Shown one piece after another: positions 10,653-20,486 of a stretch of 63,477 nt of DNA; the first letter of the stretch is position 1, and each line of letters starts with the position of its first letter. A program made the translations under genes and the position numbers. The DNA comes from an uncultured Clostridia bacterium (GTDB lineage: Bacteria > Bacillota > Clostridia > TANB77 > CAG-508), in assembly GCA_947632585.1 (NCBI GenBank), contig CANRPS010000003.1:1-63477 (forward strand). Direction: 5' to 3'. A model generated the notes under the pieces. The model made no database searches. It was not told the origin of the DNA and was given only the letters and a program-made list of their open reading frames with translations.

Positions 10653-11368
10653 TTCTTTTTACCCCCTTTTAAGTTGTTAAAACTTTCTATAAATGGTATT
10701 GATACAAGGACTGGTAAATTAAATTCTTTTTCAACCTCCTCAGAAGTTTTTATTGTAGTATCTAAAACATTTGCTATTAATACATAGCCCATAGCTACAA
10801 TTATTCCAACAAATGTAAATATAACAATATCTTTTGCATGATGTATATTAGAAGGTTCACTTTCAACTTCTGCCTCATCTACGACATAAACATTGTTAAT
10901 ATTGTACATTTCAGGCACCATTTCTGAAAAAACCTTTACAATTTCATTTGCTATTCTAGATGCATATATTGCATTTTCATTTGTAACTGTTAATTTTATT
11001 ACATCTGTGTTATCTTCTGTTGCAACAGAAATATTCTTTTTTAATTCTTCCTCTGTTATATCAATTCCTAAGTTTGAAATAACTTGTCTTAAAACTTTAC
11101 TACTTTCTATAAGTACATTGTAAGTTTGAACTAATTTTGAGTTTATTGTTATATCTGTTGTAGTAATAGCAGAATCTGTTGAAGTTTCTTGATTTGCTTT
11201 GCTATCAGTTCCTATTAACGCAAATGTAGTTGATGAACTATATTTAGGAGTAACAAATCCTAATGTATATAAAACACCTACGCCGGCAAATACTACTACT
11301 ATTAATATCATTTGCCATATTTTACTTAAAAAAAGTTCTAATAAATCTTTTAAATCTAGTTCTTCCAT
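10649..11368 (-). CDS. cpsC: Polysaccharide chain-length/kinase modulator (CpsC/YwqC, Wzz family)
   Basis: 239 aa with two TM segments flanking a soluble loop. 4-nt overlap with the kinase gene. Confidence 0.8.
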   Translation of the reverse strand: MEELDLKDLLELFLSKIWQMILIVVVFAGVGVLYTLGFVTPKYSSSTTFALIGTDSKANQETSTDSAITTTDITINSKLVQTYNVLIESSKVLRQVISNLGIDITEEELKKNISVATEDNTDVIKLTVTNENAIYASRIANEIVKVFSEMVPEMYNINNVYVVDEAEVESEPSNIHHAKDIVIFTFVGIIVAMGYVLIANVLDTTIKTSEEVEKEFNLPVLVSIPFIESFNNLKGGKKK

Positions 11369-11382
11369 TTTCTTCCTCCAAT

Positions 11383-12243
11383 TTATTTTTCAGGCGTATA
11401 TTGTTCTTTTATCTTTTTAGCTTCCATTGTACTTTTTATAATAGCATAAAGTAAGATAAAGACAATTCCTATAATTAATAATATAATAGAATTTTTATTT
11501 ATTATGTTTAATATATTTGTTATAACATTTCTTATAACAATAGAAATAGTGTTATTTAATATTGTTATATCACTAATTTTTGTTTTAGAAATGATATAAA
11601 TTCTAGAGATTAGAAGCAATAATCCACTAATAGTTATTGAAACTCCTATTCTTGCCAATATTTGATACAATTGTTTTATAGATAATATGATAATTAAAGC
11701 CACACAAATAAAAGAAGTAATCAATATTATCTTTTTAATTGAGCTTAAATATTCTGATACTTTATTAAACATTGAATGAATATCATTTTCATATTTTGTA
11801 CTTAAAATTGTTGATTTATATTCATTACAAATAGTGTTTACAAAAGTGTTTACTGATTCTTGTTCTGTTTTTGTTAATGCTCTCTTTAAAGAAACTCTTA
11901 TATTTTCCTCTAGTTCATTTTTTATTTCATCAGTAGAAATTGTTTCATTGCCTCCTGAAAAAATATTATCAATTATTTTTTTAGTATCTTGTTCAACCTT
12001 TTCTCTAGATACTATTCCATCAAGAACTTCTTCATCTAATCCTGATTGATTTATATATTTTTCAAAATTTGATTCAACTTCTTCATATATTTTTTCATAA
12101 TAATTTTCATTTTCTAATTCAGACATTATATAATTTTTATTAAGTATTGTAGAGGAAAACATATTTATTAAAATAAAAGCAATTATTGTTAAAGATAATA
12201 TTAAAGCTATAATATATTGTAATGCTATATTTATTTTTTTCAT
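11383..12243 (-). CDS. Hypothetical membrane protein (1 N-terminal + ~3 C-terminal TM helices)
   Basis: ORF with hydrophobicity pattern only. Tightly packed upstream of cpsC. No family recognised. Confidence 0.5.
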   Translation of the reverse strand: MKKINIALQYIIALILSLTIIAFILINMFSSTILNKNYIMSELENENYYEKIYEEVESNFEKYINQSGLDEEVLDGIVSREKVEQDTKKIIDNIFSGGNETISTDEIKNELEENIRVSLKRALTKTEQESVNTFVNTICNEYKSTILSTKYENDIHSMFNKVSEYLSSIKKIILITSFICVALIIILSIKQLYQILARIGVSITISGLLLLISRIYIISKTKISDITILNNTISIVIRNVITNILNIINKNSIILLIIGIVFILLYAIIKSTMEAKKIKEQYTPEK

Positions 12244-12257
12244 TTTTTCCTCCTTTT

Positions 12258-12881
12258 CTAACTTTCCAATTTAGCATATACTACATATCTTTGTGTTGCA
12301 TATCCTATATTATTAAAAGGATAACATGTATATACCATTAATATTTCCTCTTCTTTTTGAATAGGAACTTTATCTAATTCTGTTTCTTTAATTAATTGCA
12401 TGTCATATATTTTATATTTAAATTCTCCATATGTGGTTGTTACTATAATTTCATTTCCAATTTGTAATTCTGAAAATCTTCTAAAAACTTTTTTAGAATT
12501 ATGTCCCATATAAAGTATAGAACCACCTTCTCCAGGAAAATAACTGCCACTTGAATGTCCCACTCCCTTTTTTAGGATATCTAAGCTATCTCCATAGTAT
12601 ACAGGAAGATCGACATCAATTTTTGGTATTTTTATTGTTCCATAAGAAGTACCATATTCTGGATAATTTTTTAATTTATTATTATCATCTATTATAGTTT
12701 CCACTGTCTTTTTTTCATCTATATTTATTGATACTTTACTTATCAATAAAATGGCATCTTCTATATTAGCCCCAAATAAGAGATATCCAATGAATAAAAT
12801 AAGAGCAGTAAAAATCAAAGCAACTATTATTTGCTTAATAGTTGCTTTAATTGTGTTTCTTAAAAATTTATGCTTATGCAT
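12258..12881 (-). CDS. Sortase-family transpeptidase
   Basis: N-terminal TM anchor. His (LYMGHNSK), Cys (MVYTCYPF) and Arg (ATQRYVVY) occur in the canonical sortase order. 8-nt overlap with the putative substrate gene. Confidence 0.8.
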   Translation of the reverse strand: MHKHKFLRNTIKATIKQIIVALIFTALILFIGYLLFGANIEDAILLISKVSINIDEKKTVETIIDDNNKLKNYPEYGTSYGTIKIPKIDVDLPVYYGDSLDILKKGVGHSSGSYFPGEGGSILYMGHNSKKVFRRFSELQIGNEIIVTTTYGEFKYKIYDMQLIKETELDKVPIQKEEEILMVYTCYPFNNIGYATQRYVVYAKLES

Positions 12882-13389
12882 TAGCTAATTTCTTTCTAGC
12901 TACAACAAAAGCTAGGGCTATAGCTACTATTCCAGAAACAACTAAAACTATACTATTGTTTCCAGTATAAGCAAGTGTTCCATTACTTTTACTAACACTT
13001 TCAATTAACTTTCCATCTTTATAGATGTCAGCTTGACCATTTTTTATAACTAACTCAACATCTAAGATGTCAGCAGCTTCTGTAGCTAATGAACGTACTT
13101 CAGATTTTTGAGTTTCTGTTAAAGCATCCCAGCTTGTAACACCAGCATCTTCCATAACTTTTACAGCAGATTCAGCTTTTGCAACAACTGCATTTGCATC
13201 TGCTTCTGATACTGGATAGTCTGAAAGATATCTTTCCAATTTAACTCTGTCTGAAGCTGTCATTCCATATTTAGAACCCATTTCGTATAAAGTATTTGCT
13301 AAATCATCATTTGATACAGCATATACTCCTACCATAGATACTACCATTAATACAACGGCCATTAATAAAATTGTTACTATTTTTTTCAT
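12874..13389 (-). CDS. Secreted protein with C-terminal cell-wall sorting signal LAYTG
   Basis: Signal peptide MKKIVTILLMAVVLMVVSMVGVYA. C-terminus ...NGTLAYTGNNSIVLVVSGIVAIALAFVVARKKLANA (motif + hydrophobic segment + basic tail). Confidence 0.75.
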   Translation of the reverse strand: MKKIVTILLMAVVLMVVSMVGVYAVSNDDLANTLYEMGSKYGMTASDRVKLERYLSDYPVSEADANAVVAKAESAVKVMEDAGVTSWDALTETQKSEVRSLATEAADILDVELVIKNGQADIYKDGKLIESVSKSNGTLAYTGNNSIVLVVSGIVAIALAFVVARKKLANA

Positions 13390-13418
13390 TTAGAAACCTC
13401 CTTTTTCAAACTGCAATT

Positions 13419-13447
13419 ATTATAACATTTAAAAATATTTTATGCAA
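13419..13447 (-). promoter_or_regulatory. Sigma-A type promoter for the sortase-substrate/cps transcription unit
   Basis: Minus strand reads TTGCAT, a 17-nt spacer ending in TGT, then TATAAT. It lies about 30 nt upstream of the AAAAGGAGG SD and the ATG at 13389. Confidence 0.55.
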
Positions 13448-13510
13448 TAGTTTTTTTCATTTTTTTTGTTATTTTTATATTACATATTAATTACAAAAAA
13501 ATTACAGAAA

Positions 13511-14455
13511 TTAGTATATTTTTAGTAATTCTCCTAAAGGCTTATGTTGCTGTATTCTTTCGATTGCAGAAGCGAAAATTGGAGCTATTGATAATATTTT
13601 TATTTTATCAATTTGTTTTTCTTTAGGTACTGGAATAGTATTTGTAATAATTAATTCTTTTATTGGAGAATTTTTTATTCTTTCAATTGCTGGTCCTGAT
13701 AAAACTCCATGTGTACAGCATGCTATAATACTTTTTGCCTTATGAGCTTCCAATATTCTTGCCGTTTCAATGATTGATCCAGCTGTATCTACTTCATCAT
13801 CAAATATTATAGCATTTTTATCTTTTACTTCACCTATAATTGTTGATGCTATAGCTGTATCATTGTTTGCATCCCTTCTTTTGTCTATCAAAGCCATAGG
13901 ACATTCAAAGTATTTTGAATATTTATATGCCTTTTTAGAGCTTCCTGCATCTGTTGCAACAATTACCATGTCTTTTAAATTAAGACTTTTAATATAGTCT
14001 TGCAATAAATTTTGTGCAGATAATCTATCACAATTGATATTGAAATAAGCTTGTATTGCTGCATTGTGTAAATCACATGTTATTACTCTATTTGCACCTG
14101 CTGCCTCTATTAATTGTGCAATTAACTTTGCAGTTATCGGTACTCTTGGTTGATCTTTTTTGTCTGACCTTGAGTATATATAATATGGTAAAACTACATT
14201 TATAGTTTGAGCTGATGCCCTTTTTAAAGCATCTATTGTAATTAATAATTCCATAACCCTTTCATTTACAGGTGGCATAGTTGTTTGAATTACATATACA
14301 TCTTGTCCTCTTACTGTTTCTAATATTTGTACAAATGTATTGTCATTTGAGAATTTTTGATACTTTAACTTTCCCATTTTCATTTTTAAATTGTCACATA
14401 TTTCTTTTGTAAATTCTTCAGCTGTTGGACATGAAAATATTTTTGTATTTTCCAT
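13511..14455 (-). CDS. prs: Ribose-phosphate pyrophosphokinase
   Basis: 314 aa. Family-typical KIFSCPT..., VYVIQT, PYYIYSRSDKK and DLHN motifs. Confidence 0.9.
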   Translation of the reverse strand: MENTKIFSCPTAEEFTKEICDNLKMKMGKLKYQKFSNDNTFVQILETVRGQDVYVIQTTMPPVNERVMELLITIDALKRASAQTINVVLPYYIYSRSDKKDQPRVPITAKLIAQLIEAAGANRVITCDLHNAAIQAYFNINCDRLSAQNLLQDYIKSLNLKDMVIVATDAGSSKKAYKYSKYFECPMALIDKRRDANNDTAIASTIIGEVKDKNAIIFDDEVDTAGSIIETARILEAHKAKSIIACCTHGVLSGPAIERIKNSPIKELIITNTIPVPKEKQIDKIKILSIAPIFASAIERIQQHKPLGELLKIY

Positions 14456-14601
14456 TTTCCCTACATTCCTTTCTTACAATTATTTTTATAGTTTTTATCA
14501 CTTTTATACCATTTTTTTCTAATAAATCGTAAAAATTTTCAATTTACAACAGAAATGTTTTTATAAAGTTCACCTATTTTTATATTATTTGTATAAAAAT
14601 T

Positions 14602-15573
14602 CTATTCTAAATATTCTTGATGCTTTAGATACCAATCTATTGTTTCTGCTATTCCATCTTCAAATTTGGTTTTAGGTTTCCACCCAAATTCTTTTTCCAA
14701 TTTACTTGGATCTATTGCATATCTATAATCATGTCCTTTTCTATCTGTTACATATTCTATTAAATCTTCTTTCTTTCCTAATCTTTCTAATATAAGTTTT
14801 ACTATATCTATATTTCTCTTTTCATTGTGACCACCAATGTTATATCTTTCCCCTTTTTTTCCATTGTGTAATATTACGTCTACTGCTTCACAATGATCTT
14901 TCACATATAGCCAATCTCTTATATTTAATCCTTTTCCATAAATAGGTAATTTTTCATTTTTTAATGCCTTTGATATCATATGTGGTATTAGTTTTTCATG
15001 ATGTTGATATGGTCCATAATTATTCGAACAATTTGTTACTATTACATTCATATTATAAGTTTTGCTATATGATAAAGCTATCAAATCTGATGATGCTTTT
15101 GATGCTGAATATGGACTATTAGGTTTTATATTACTTTTTTCAGTAAAATATCCTGTTTCTTTTAATGATCCATATACCTCATCTGTAGATATATGGATAA
15201 ATTTGTTTTCGCTTCCTTCTTCCCATGTTTCTTTTGCTGCTTCTAATATTGTGTTTGTTCCTATAACATTTGTTTTTACAAAAACAAATGGATTTTTTAT
15301 ACTATTATCTACATGTGATTCTGCTGCGAAATGTACTACAGCATCTATTTCATATTTTTCTAATGTTTCTTTTACAAAATCAAAATCACATATATCTCCT
15401 TTTACAAATATTATTTTATCTTTTACATTGTCCAGGTTATGTATATTTCCCGCATAAGTTAATTTGTCATATACAATTATGTTATATTTTTCATCATATT
15501 TTTCTACCATTAGTTCTACAAAGTTTGACCCTATAAAACCTGCCCCACCTGTTACTAATATATTTTTCATCAT
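14602..15573 (-). CDS. rfbB: dTDP-glucose 4,6-dehydratase
   Basis: ILVTGGAGFIGSNF, YSASKASSD; SDR-extended fold. In an rfb cluster. Confidence 0.9.
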   Translation of the reverse strand: MMKNILVTGGAGFIGSNFVELMVEKYDEKYNIIVYDKLTYAGNIHNLDNVKDKIIFVKGDICDFDFVKETLEKYEIDAVVHFAAESHVDNSIKNPFVFVKTNVIGTNTILEAAKETWEEGSENKFIHISTDEVYGSLKETGYFTEKSNIKPNSPYSASKASSDLIALSYSKTYNMNVIVTNCSNNYGPYQHHEKLIPHMISKALKNEKLPIYGKGLNIRDWLYVKDHCEAVDVILHNGKKGERYNIGGHNEKRNIDIVKLILERLGKKEDLIEYVTDRKGHDYRYAIDPSKLEKEFGWKPKTKFEDGIAETIDWYLKHQEYLE

Positions 15574-15579
15574 TTTCTC

Positions 15580-16164
15580 CTATTTTAAATTCTTAAATAA
15601 GTCTGTTCTTCTTATTTCTTGTAGACTTGGCCATTTTCCATCTTTTTCTGAAGTTAGATATTCTTCTGGTTTTATTCCTTTTACTTCTGGCCAAATAATT
15701 CCTACTTCTTTGTCATTCCATTTTAGTCCACCTTCTGCTTCATGGTTATATATATCATCACATTTGTAACAAAACTCTGCTTCTTCTGATAAAACTAAAA
15801 ATCCATGAGCAAATCCTTTAGGTATCATAAACATTTTTTTATTTTCTTCTGAAAGGATGACTCTTTCCCATTTTCCATATGTTTTACTATTTGGTCTTAA
15901 ATCTACTGCTACATCAAATACTTCTCCTTTTATACATCTTACTAGTTTTGCTTGTGTATTTTCCTTTTGAAAATGTAATCCTCTTAATACTCCTTTTTTT
16001 GATTTTGACTGATTATCTTGTACAAAATCATAATTTAATCCTATTTCTTCAAAGTCTTTTTTGCTATATGTTTCCATGAAATATCCTCTATTATCTCCAA
16101 ACACAGTGGGTTCTACTATGTATACTCCCTCTATAGTAGTTTCTATTTTCTTAAATTTACCCAT
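15580..16164 (-). CDS. rfbC: dTDP-4-dehydrorhamnose 3,5-epimerase
   Basis: FGDNRGYFMETY, RGLHFQ, AHGF motifs; 194 aa. Confidence 0.9.
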   Translation of the reverse strand: MGKFKKIETTIEGVYIVEPTVFGDNRGYFMETYSKKDFEEIGLNYDFVQDNQSKSKKGVLRGLHFQKENTQAKLVRCIKGEVFDVAVDLRPNSKTYGKWERVILSEENKKMFMIPKGFAHGFLVLSEEAEFCYKCDDIYNHEAEGGLKWNDKEVGIIWPEVKGIKPEEYLTSEKDGKWPSLQEIRRTDLFKNLK

Positions 16165-16180
16165 ATATCCTCCTTGAACA

Positions 16181-17059
16181 TCAGTTCCAAGTTTTTTCTT
16201 CTATTACACTTTTTAAATATTTTCCATATTCTGTTTTGTTATATTTTTTTGCATGTAACAAAACTTTTTCTTTGGAAATCCATTTATTTTTATATGCATA
16301 TTCTTCTAAACATGCTATTTGTATTCCTTGTCTTACTTCTATTGCTTTAACAAAATCTGACGCATCTAATAATCTTTCTGGTGAGCCTGTATCGAACCAT
16401 GCATATCCGTTTCCCAATGGTATTACACGTAATTTTCCTTGTTTCATGTATTCTTTATTTATGTCTGTTATTTCTAATTCACCTCTTTCTGATGGTTCTA
16501 TTTTTTTTGCAATAGAAACAACATCATTATCATAAAAATAAATTCCTGGTACTGCCAAATTGCTCTTCGGTTTTTTGGGCTTTTCTTCTATTGAAATAGC
16601 ATTTCCTTTTTTATCTATCTCAACAACTCCATATGATGTAGGATCAGCCACTTTATATCCAAATATTATTCCACCTTTTTTTAGTTTACTTGCTTCCTTT
16701 AGTACTTTTTCTAAATTAGAGCCATAAATCATATTATCACCTAATATTAATGCTACACTATCATTTCCTATAAAGTCTTCTCCTAATTTAAATGCATCTG
16801 CAAGTCCTACTGGTTTTTCCTGTACTTTATATTCAAAGTGCATTCCTAGATCTTCTCCTGTCCCCAGTAACCTCTCAAATGCGGGTAAATGTATGGGTGT
16901 TGATATTACTAAAACATCTCTTATTCCTGCCATCATTAATGTTGATAATGGATAATATATCATTGGTTTATCATAGATCGGTAGCATTTGTTTTGAAACA
17001 GATAGTGTTACAGGATATAATCTTGTTGCACTTCCTCCTGCAAGTATTATTCCTTTCAT
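16181..17059 (-). CDS. rfbA: Glucose-1-phosphate thymidylyltransferase
   Basis: MKGIILAGGSATRLYPVT, LGDNMIYG, YGVVE motifs; 292 aa. Confidence 0.92.
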   Translation of the reverse strand: MKGIILAGGSATRLYPVTLSVSKQMLPIYDKPMIYYPLSTLMMAGIRDVLVISTPIHLPAFERLLGTGEDLGMHFEYKVQEKPVGLADAFKLGEDFIGNDSVALILGDNMIYGSNLEKVLKEASKLKKGGIIFGYKVADPTSYGVVEIDKKGNAISIEEKPKKPKSNLAVPGIYFYDNDVVSIAKKIEPSERGELEITDINKEYMKQGKLRVIPLGNGYAWFDTGSPERLLDASDFVKAIEVRQGIQIACLEEYAYKNKWISKEKVLLHAKKYNKTEYGKYLKSVIEEKTWN

Positions 17060-17919
17060 CGTTTTAGTTCCTCCTTCAAATATTTCTTTAATGCTTCTTC
17101 ATATTCTTCTGGATATATTCCTATTTTTTGTAATTTTTCTTTTGATAACATACTATTTTTCGGTCTATTACTTGATGTAGGATATATTTCTTTGTATTCA
17201 GCAGATGTAATCGGTTTTACTTTCGTTTCAATTCCTGCTTCTTCAAATATCTTTTTAGTAAATTCATACCACGAGGTATATCCTTCACAAGTTGCATGAT
17301 ATATACCATATTTGGGTTCTTTTTCCATTATTTGTTCTATAATCCTGCAAAGAGCTATTGTTGATGTGGGGCTTCCATGTTGATCTGATACCACACTTAT
17401 TTCTTCTTTTTCTTTTGAAAGTCTTAGCATTGTCTTTACAAAATTTTTACCTCTAATTCCATATAGCCATGCTGTTCTTAATATATAATATTTATCATAC
17501 TTCTGTACATTTTTTTCTCCTATAAGTTTTGTTTTTCCATATGCACTTACAGGAACAGATTCCATATCTTCTCTATAAACTTTGTCTAAATCTAAATTTC
17601 CTTGAAATACATAATCTGTACTAATATGTATAATAGTTGCATTAACTATCTTTGCTGCTTCTACAATATTAGATAAAGCATCCCCATTTATTTTCTTGGC
17701 CAAGTCATAGTTTACTTCACAACTATCTACATTCGTATATGCTGCACAATTTATAATAAAATATGGCTGTACTTCTTTTACTTTATTGATAACTGCTTCT
17801 TTATCACATATATCTAATGTTTCTATTGTCGTTGTAGTTACATCATATTTTTCTGCTAATATTTCTGCTAGATCTCCTCCTAGCATTCCATCCGAACCTA
17901 TTAATAGGACTTTGTTCAT
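17056..17919 (-). CDS. rfbD: dTDP-4-dehydrorhamnose reductase
   Basis: 287 aa with an SDR-like N-terminus. YGKTKLIGE motif. 4-nt overlap with rfbA. Confidence 0.88.
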   Translation of the reverse strand: MNKVLLIGSDGMLGGDLAEILAEKYDVTTTTIETLDICDKEAVINKVKEVQPYFIINCAAYTNVDSCEVNYDLAKKINGDALSNIVEAAKIVNATIIHISTDYVFQGNLDLDKVYREDMESVPVSAYGKTKLIGEKNVQKYDKYYILRTAWLYGIRGKNFVKTMLRLSKEKEEISVVSDQHGSPTSTIALCRIIEQIMEKEPKYGIYHATCEGYTSWYEFTKKIFEEAGIETKVKPITSAEYKEIYPTSSNRPKNSMLSKEKLQKIGIYPEEYEEALKKYLKEELKR

Positions 17920-17971
17920 TTATTCCTCCAAATATTTATAAAACCTATATATTACAAATACTAATAAAATT

Positions 17972-19034
17972 TTATTTCAATAACTTTTTCATAATTGGTA
18001 ATCTGTATAAAATAAAACAACTAAATATTGACATAATTAATGCATATAATAAAAATACTATTTCCCCTATCACACTTGGCAAAATTTTAGGATAAATTGA
18101 AAATCCCTTATTTAATAAATTAAGCCAAAATGTATGTACTAAATATATTCCCAAGCTATATTTTGAAATGCAGTTAATAATTACGTTGTTCTTAATATTT
18201 ATTTTACCAGAAGAAAATAGTTTAACTATCGCTATAGCTTCTAACAAAACAAACACATTTGTTCTAAAATCAATTTTACAAAAATAGCCTAAAATACTGC
18301 AACCTAGGAGTCCAATACCCCCCCCTATATAAATTTGTTCTTCTTTAATTAATTCTGTACAAACTATGTAGTATCCTAACAAATATATAAAAATATAATT
18401 TAAAGGACCTAAATCAAATGTTGTAATTTCTATATTAAAGATTTGATTAATCGTTGGTATTAACATTGTAGTTATAAATAATAATCCTAAAACTAATTTT
18501 GCTGTATTCATATCTGCACTTTCTATAAATTTTTTTAATATTGGAGTTATTACATATAAACCAATCAATGTATATATATACCACATATGACCCCATGATT
18601 TTTCTTGAATTAAATTAAAAACGCTCATATATAACAATTTAGGAATATTTGAAAACCCCATAGCGATAATATTTTCTATCAAACAATATGTAAATCCAAA
18701 TATTCCTAAGATACATAACATTTTATAGATATGTTTTTTTATATCTACCTTCTTATTGGGATTAAGTAGCAAAAATCCAGACATCATAATAAAACAAAAG
18801 ACAAAACTTCTTATTATTCCTTCTAAAATTATTTCATCCATTATGCCCCTTGCAGTATATAATTGCGTCTTGTCATAAATTAGCCAACCTGCTATAACAT
18901 GTCCCATTACTATCGCTATGCATGCTATTGCTCTTAATACAATTATCCATTCAATTTTTCCTTTTTCTTTGTTCTCTCCGTATTTGTATGGGAATTGCGT
19001 TTTTATTTTTTTCGTCGTTCTCCATCTCTATCAT
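17972..19034 (-). CDS. Acyltransferase-3 family (glycan O-acyltransferase). An SD-preceded start at 19034 is joined to ORF 17972-18907 across a +1 break at in-frame CGG (18978-18980).
   Basis: The AAGGAGA SD lies 8 nt before the ATG at 19034. That frame reads MIEMENDEKNKNAIPIQI-CGG and stops at 18951. The +1 frame reads G-ENKEKGKIEWIIVLRAIACIAIVMGHVIAGW, the typical acyltransferase-3 N-terminus, which lies upstream of the first ATG of the 311-aa ORF. Confidence 0.7.
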
Positions 19035-19094
19035 TTTGAATTTCTCCTTGTATTCTTTAACTTTTATTTTTTCAAAATTATCTTATGTCTTTAT

Positions 19095-20261
19095 CTAATC
19101 TTTACTATATAAATCTCTTGTATATACTTTATCTTTATAGCCCTTTATTTCTTCGTCTATTCTATTTGCTAAAATCACATCTGATTTTTTTACAAATTCA
19201 TTCAAATCTTTTATTACTTTATATCCATTAAATTCTTTTAATTCTAAGGTTGGTTCATATATTATTATGTTTACATTTTCCGCTTTTAGTTTTTCTATTA
19301 CTCCTTGTATTGCACTATTTCTATAATTATCTGAACCTGCCTTCATTGTCAATCTATATATTCCTACTATTTCTGGATTTCTTTTCATAACCATATTTAC
19401 TATATGGCTTTTTCTTGTTTTATTTGCTCTTACTATTGCTCTTATTAAGTTTTGTGGCACATCATCAAAATTTGCAAGCAGTTGTTTTGTGTCTTTTGGT
19501 AAACAATATCCTCCATACCCAAATGATGGATTATTATAATGTGTTCCTATTCTTGGATCTAACCCCACACCTTCTATTATGCTTTTTGTGTCTAGTCCTT
19601 TTAGTTCTGCATATGTGTCTAATTCGTTAAAATATGCTACTCTTAATGCCAAATATGTATTAGCAAATAATTTTACTGCTTCTGCTTCTGTGCTTCCCAT
19701 GTATTTTACAATTATATCTTTTTTTATTGCTCCTTGTTTTAATAGTTCTGCAAACCTCTCTGCTCTTTTACTTTTTTCTCCTACTATTATTCTTGATGGA
19801 TATAAATTATCATATAAAGCTTGTCCTTCTCTTAAGAATTCTGGACTAAACATTATATTATCAATATTATATTTTTTCTTCATATTCTCAATAAAACCTA
19901 CTGGTATTGTTGATTTTACTACCATTGTTGTTTTTATATCCATTGATTTTACTTTTTGTATTATATCTTCTACACTTGATGTATCAAAATAATTCTGCAC
20001 ATCATCATAATTTGTCGGCGTACTTATTATTATATATTCAGCTCCATCAAAAGCATCCTTATAATCAAGAGTTGCCCTTAAATTTAATTCTTTATTACTA
20101 AAAAATTCTTCTATTTCTTTATCTTTTATAGGAGATATTCTTTTATTTATCATATCTACCTTTTCTGGAACTATATCTAAGGCTACTACTTCATTATTTT
20201 GACTAAGTAATGTTGCCATAGATAGTCCAACATATCCAGTCCCTGCTACTGCTATTTTCAT
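19095..20261 (-). CDS. ugd: UDP-glucose 6-dehydrogenase
   Basis: [22 protein letters not shown] motifs; 388 aa. Confidence 0.9.
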   Translation of the reverse strand: MKIAVAGTGYVGLSMATLLSQNNEVVALDIVPEKVDMINKRISPIKDKEIEEFFSNKELNLRATLDYKDAFDGAEYIIISTPTNYDDVQNYFDTSSVEDIIQKVKSMDIKTTMVVKSTIPVGFIENMKKKYNIDNIMFSPEFLREGQALYDNLYPSRIIVGEKSKRAERFAELLKQGAIKKDIIVKYMGSTEAEAVKLFANTYLALRVAYFNELDTYAELKGLDTKSIIEGVGLDPRIGTHYNNPSFGYGGYCLPKDTKQLLANFDDVPQNLIRAIVRANKTRKSHIVNMVMKRNPEIVGIYRLTMKAGSDNYRNSAIQGVIEKLKAENVNIIIYEPTLELKEFNGYKVIKDLNEFVKKSDVILANRIDEEIKGYKDKVYTRDLYSKD

Positions 20262-20486
20262 AATATCACTTCCTATAATAATTTATTTAAGTATATTTAT
20301 ATAACATTTGTTTTAAATTGGTTCTAGTAAAATTTTTCTTATTAATTTTATAATTAAACATAATATAAATGCTTTACAATATTATTTTTATTATAATACA
20401 TACTTTTTGTTAATAAATTTGTCTTACTTTATATTTAAATAATAAAAATGTAAAGTAAATATAAAATATTTTTTCCCTAGTCTAAA

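Noticed and set aside
19006-19012. The A7 (T7 on the plus strand) homopolymer near the acyltransferase 5' end could be a slipped-strand phase-variation switch explaining that frameshift.
   Set aside because: This is not fully excluded, since loss of one A would also restore the frame. However, an in-frame CGG lies in the same permissive window and matches the six other breaks, none of which involves a long homopolymer.
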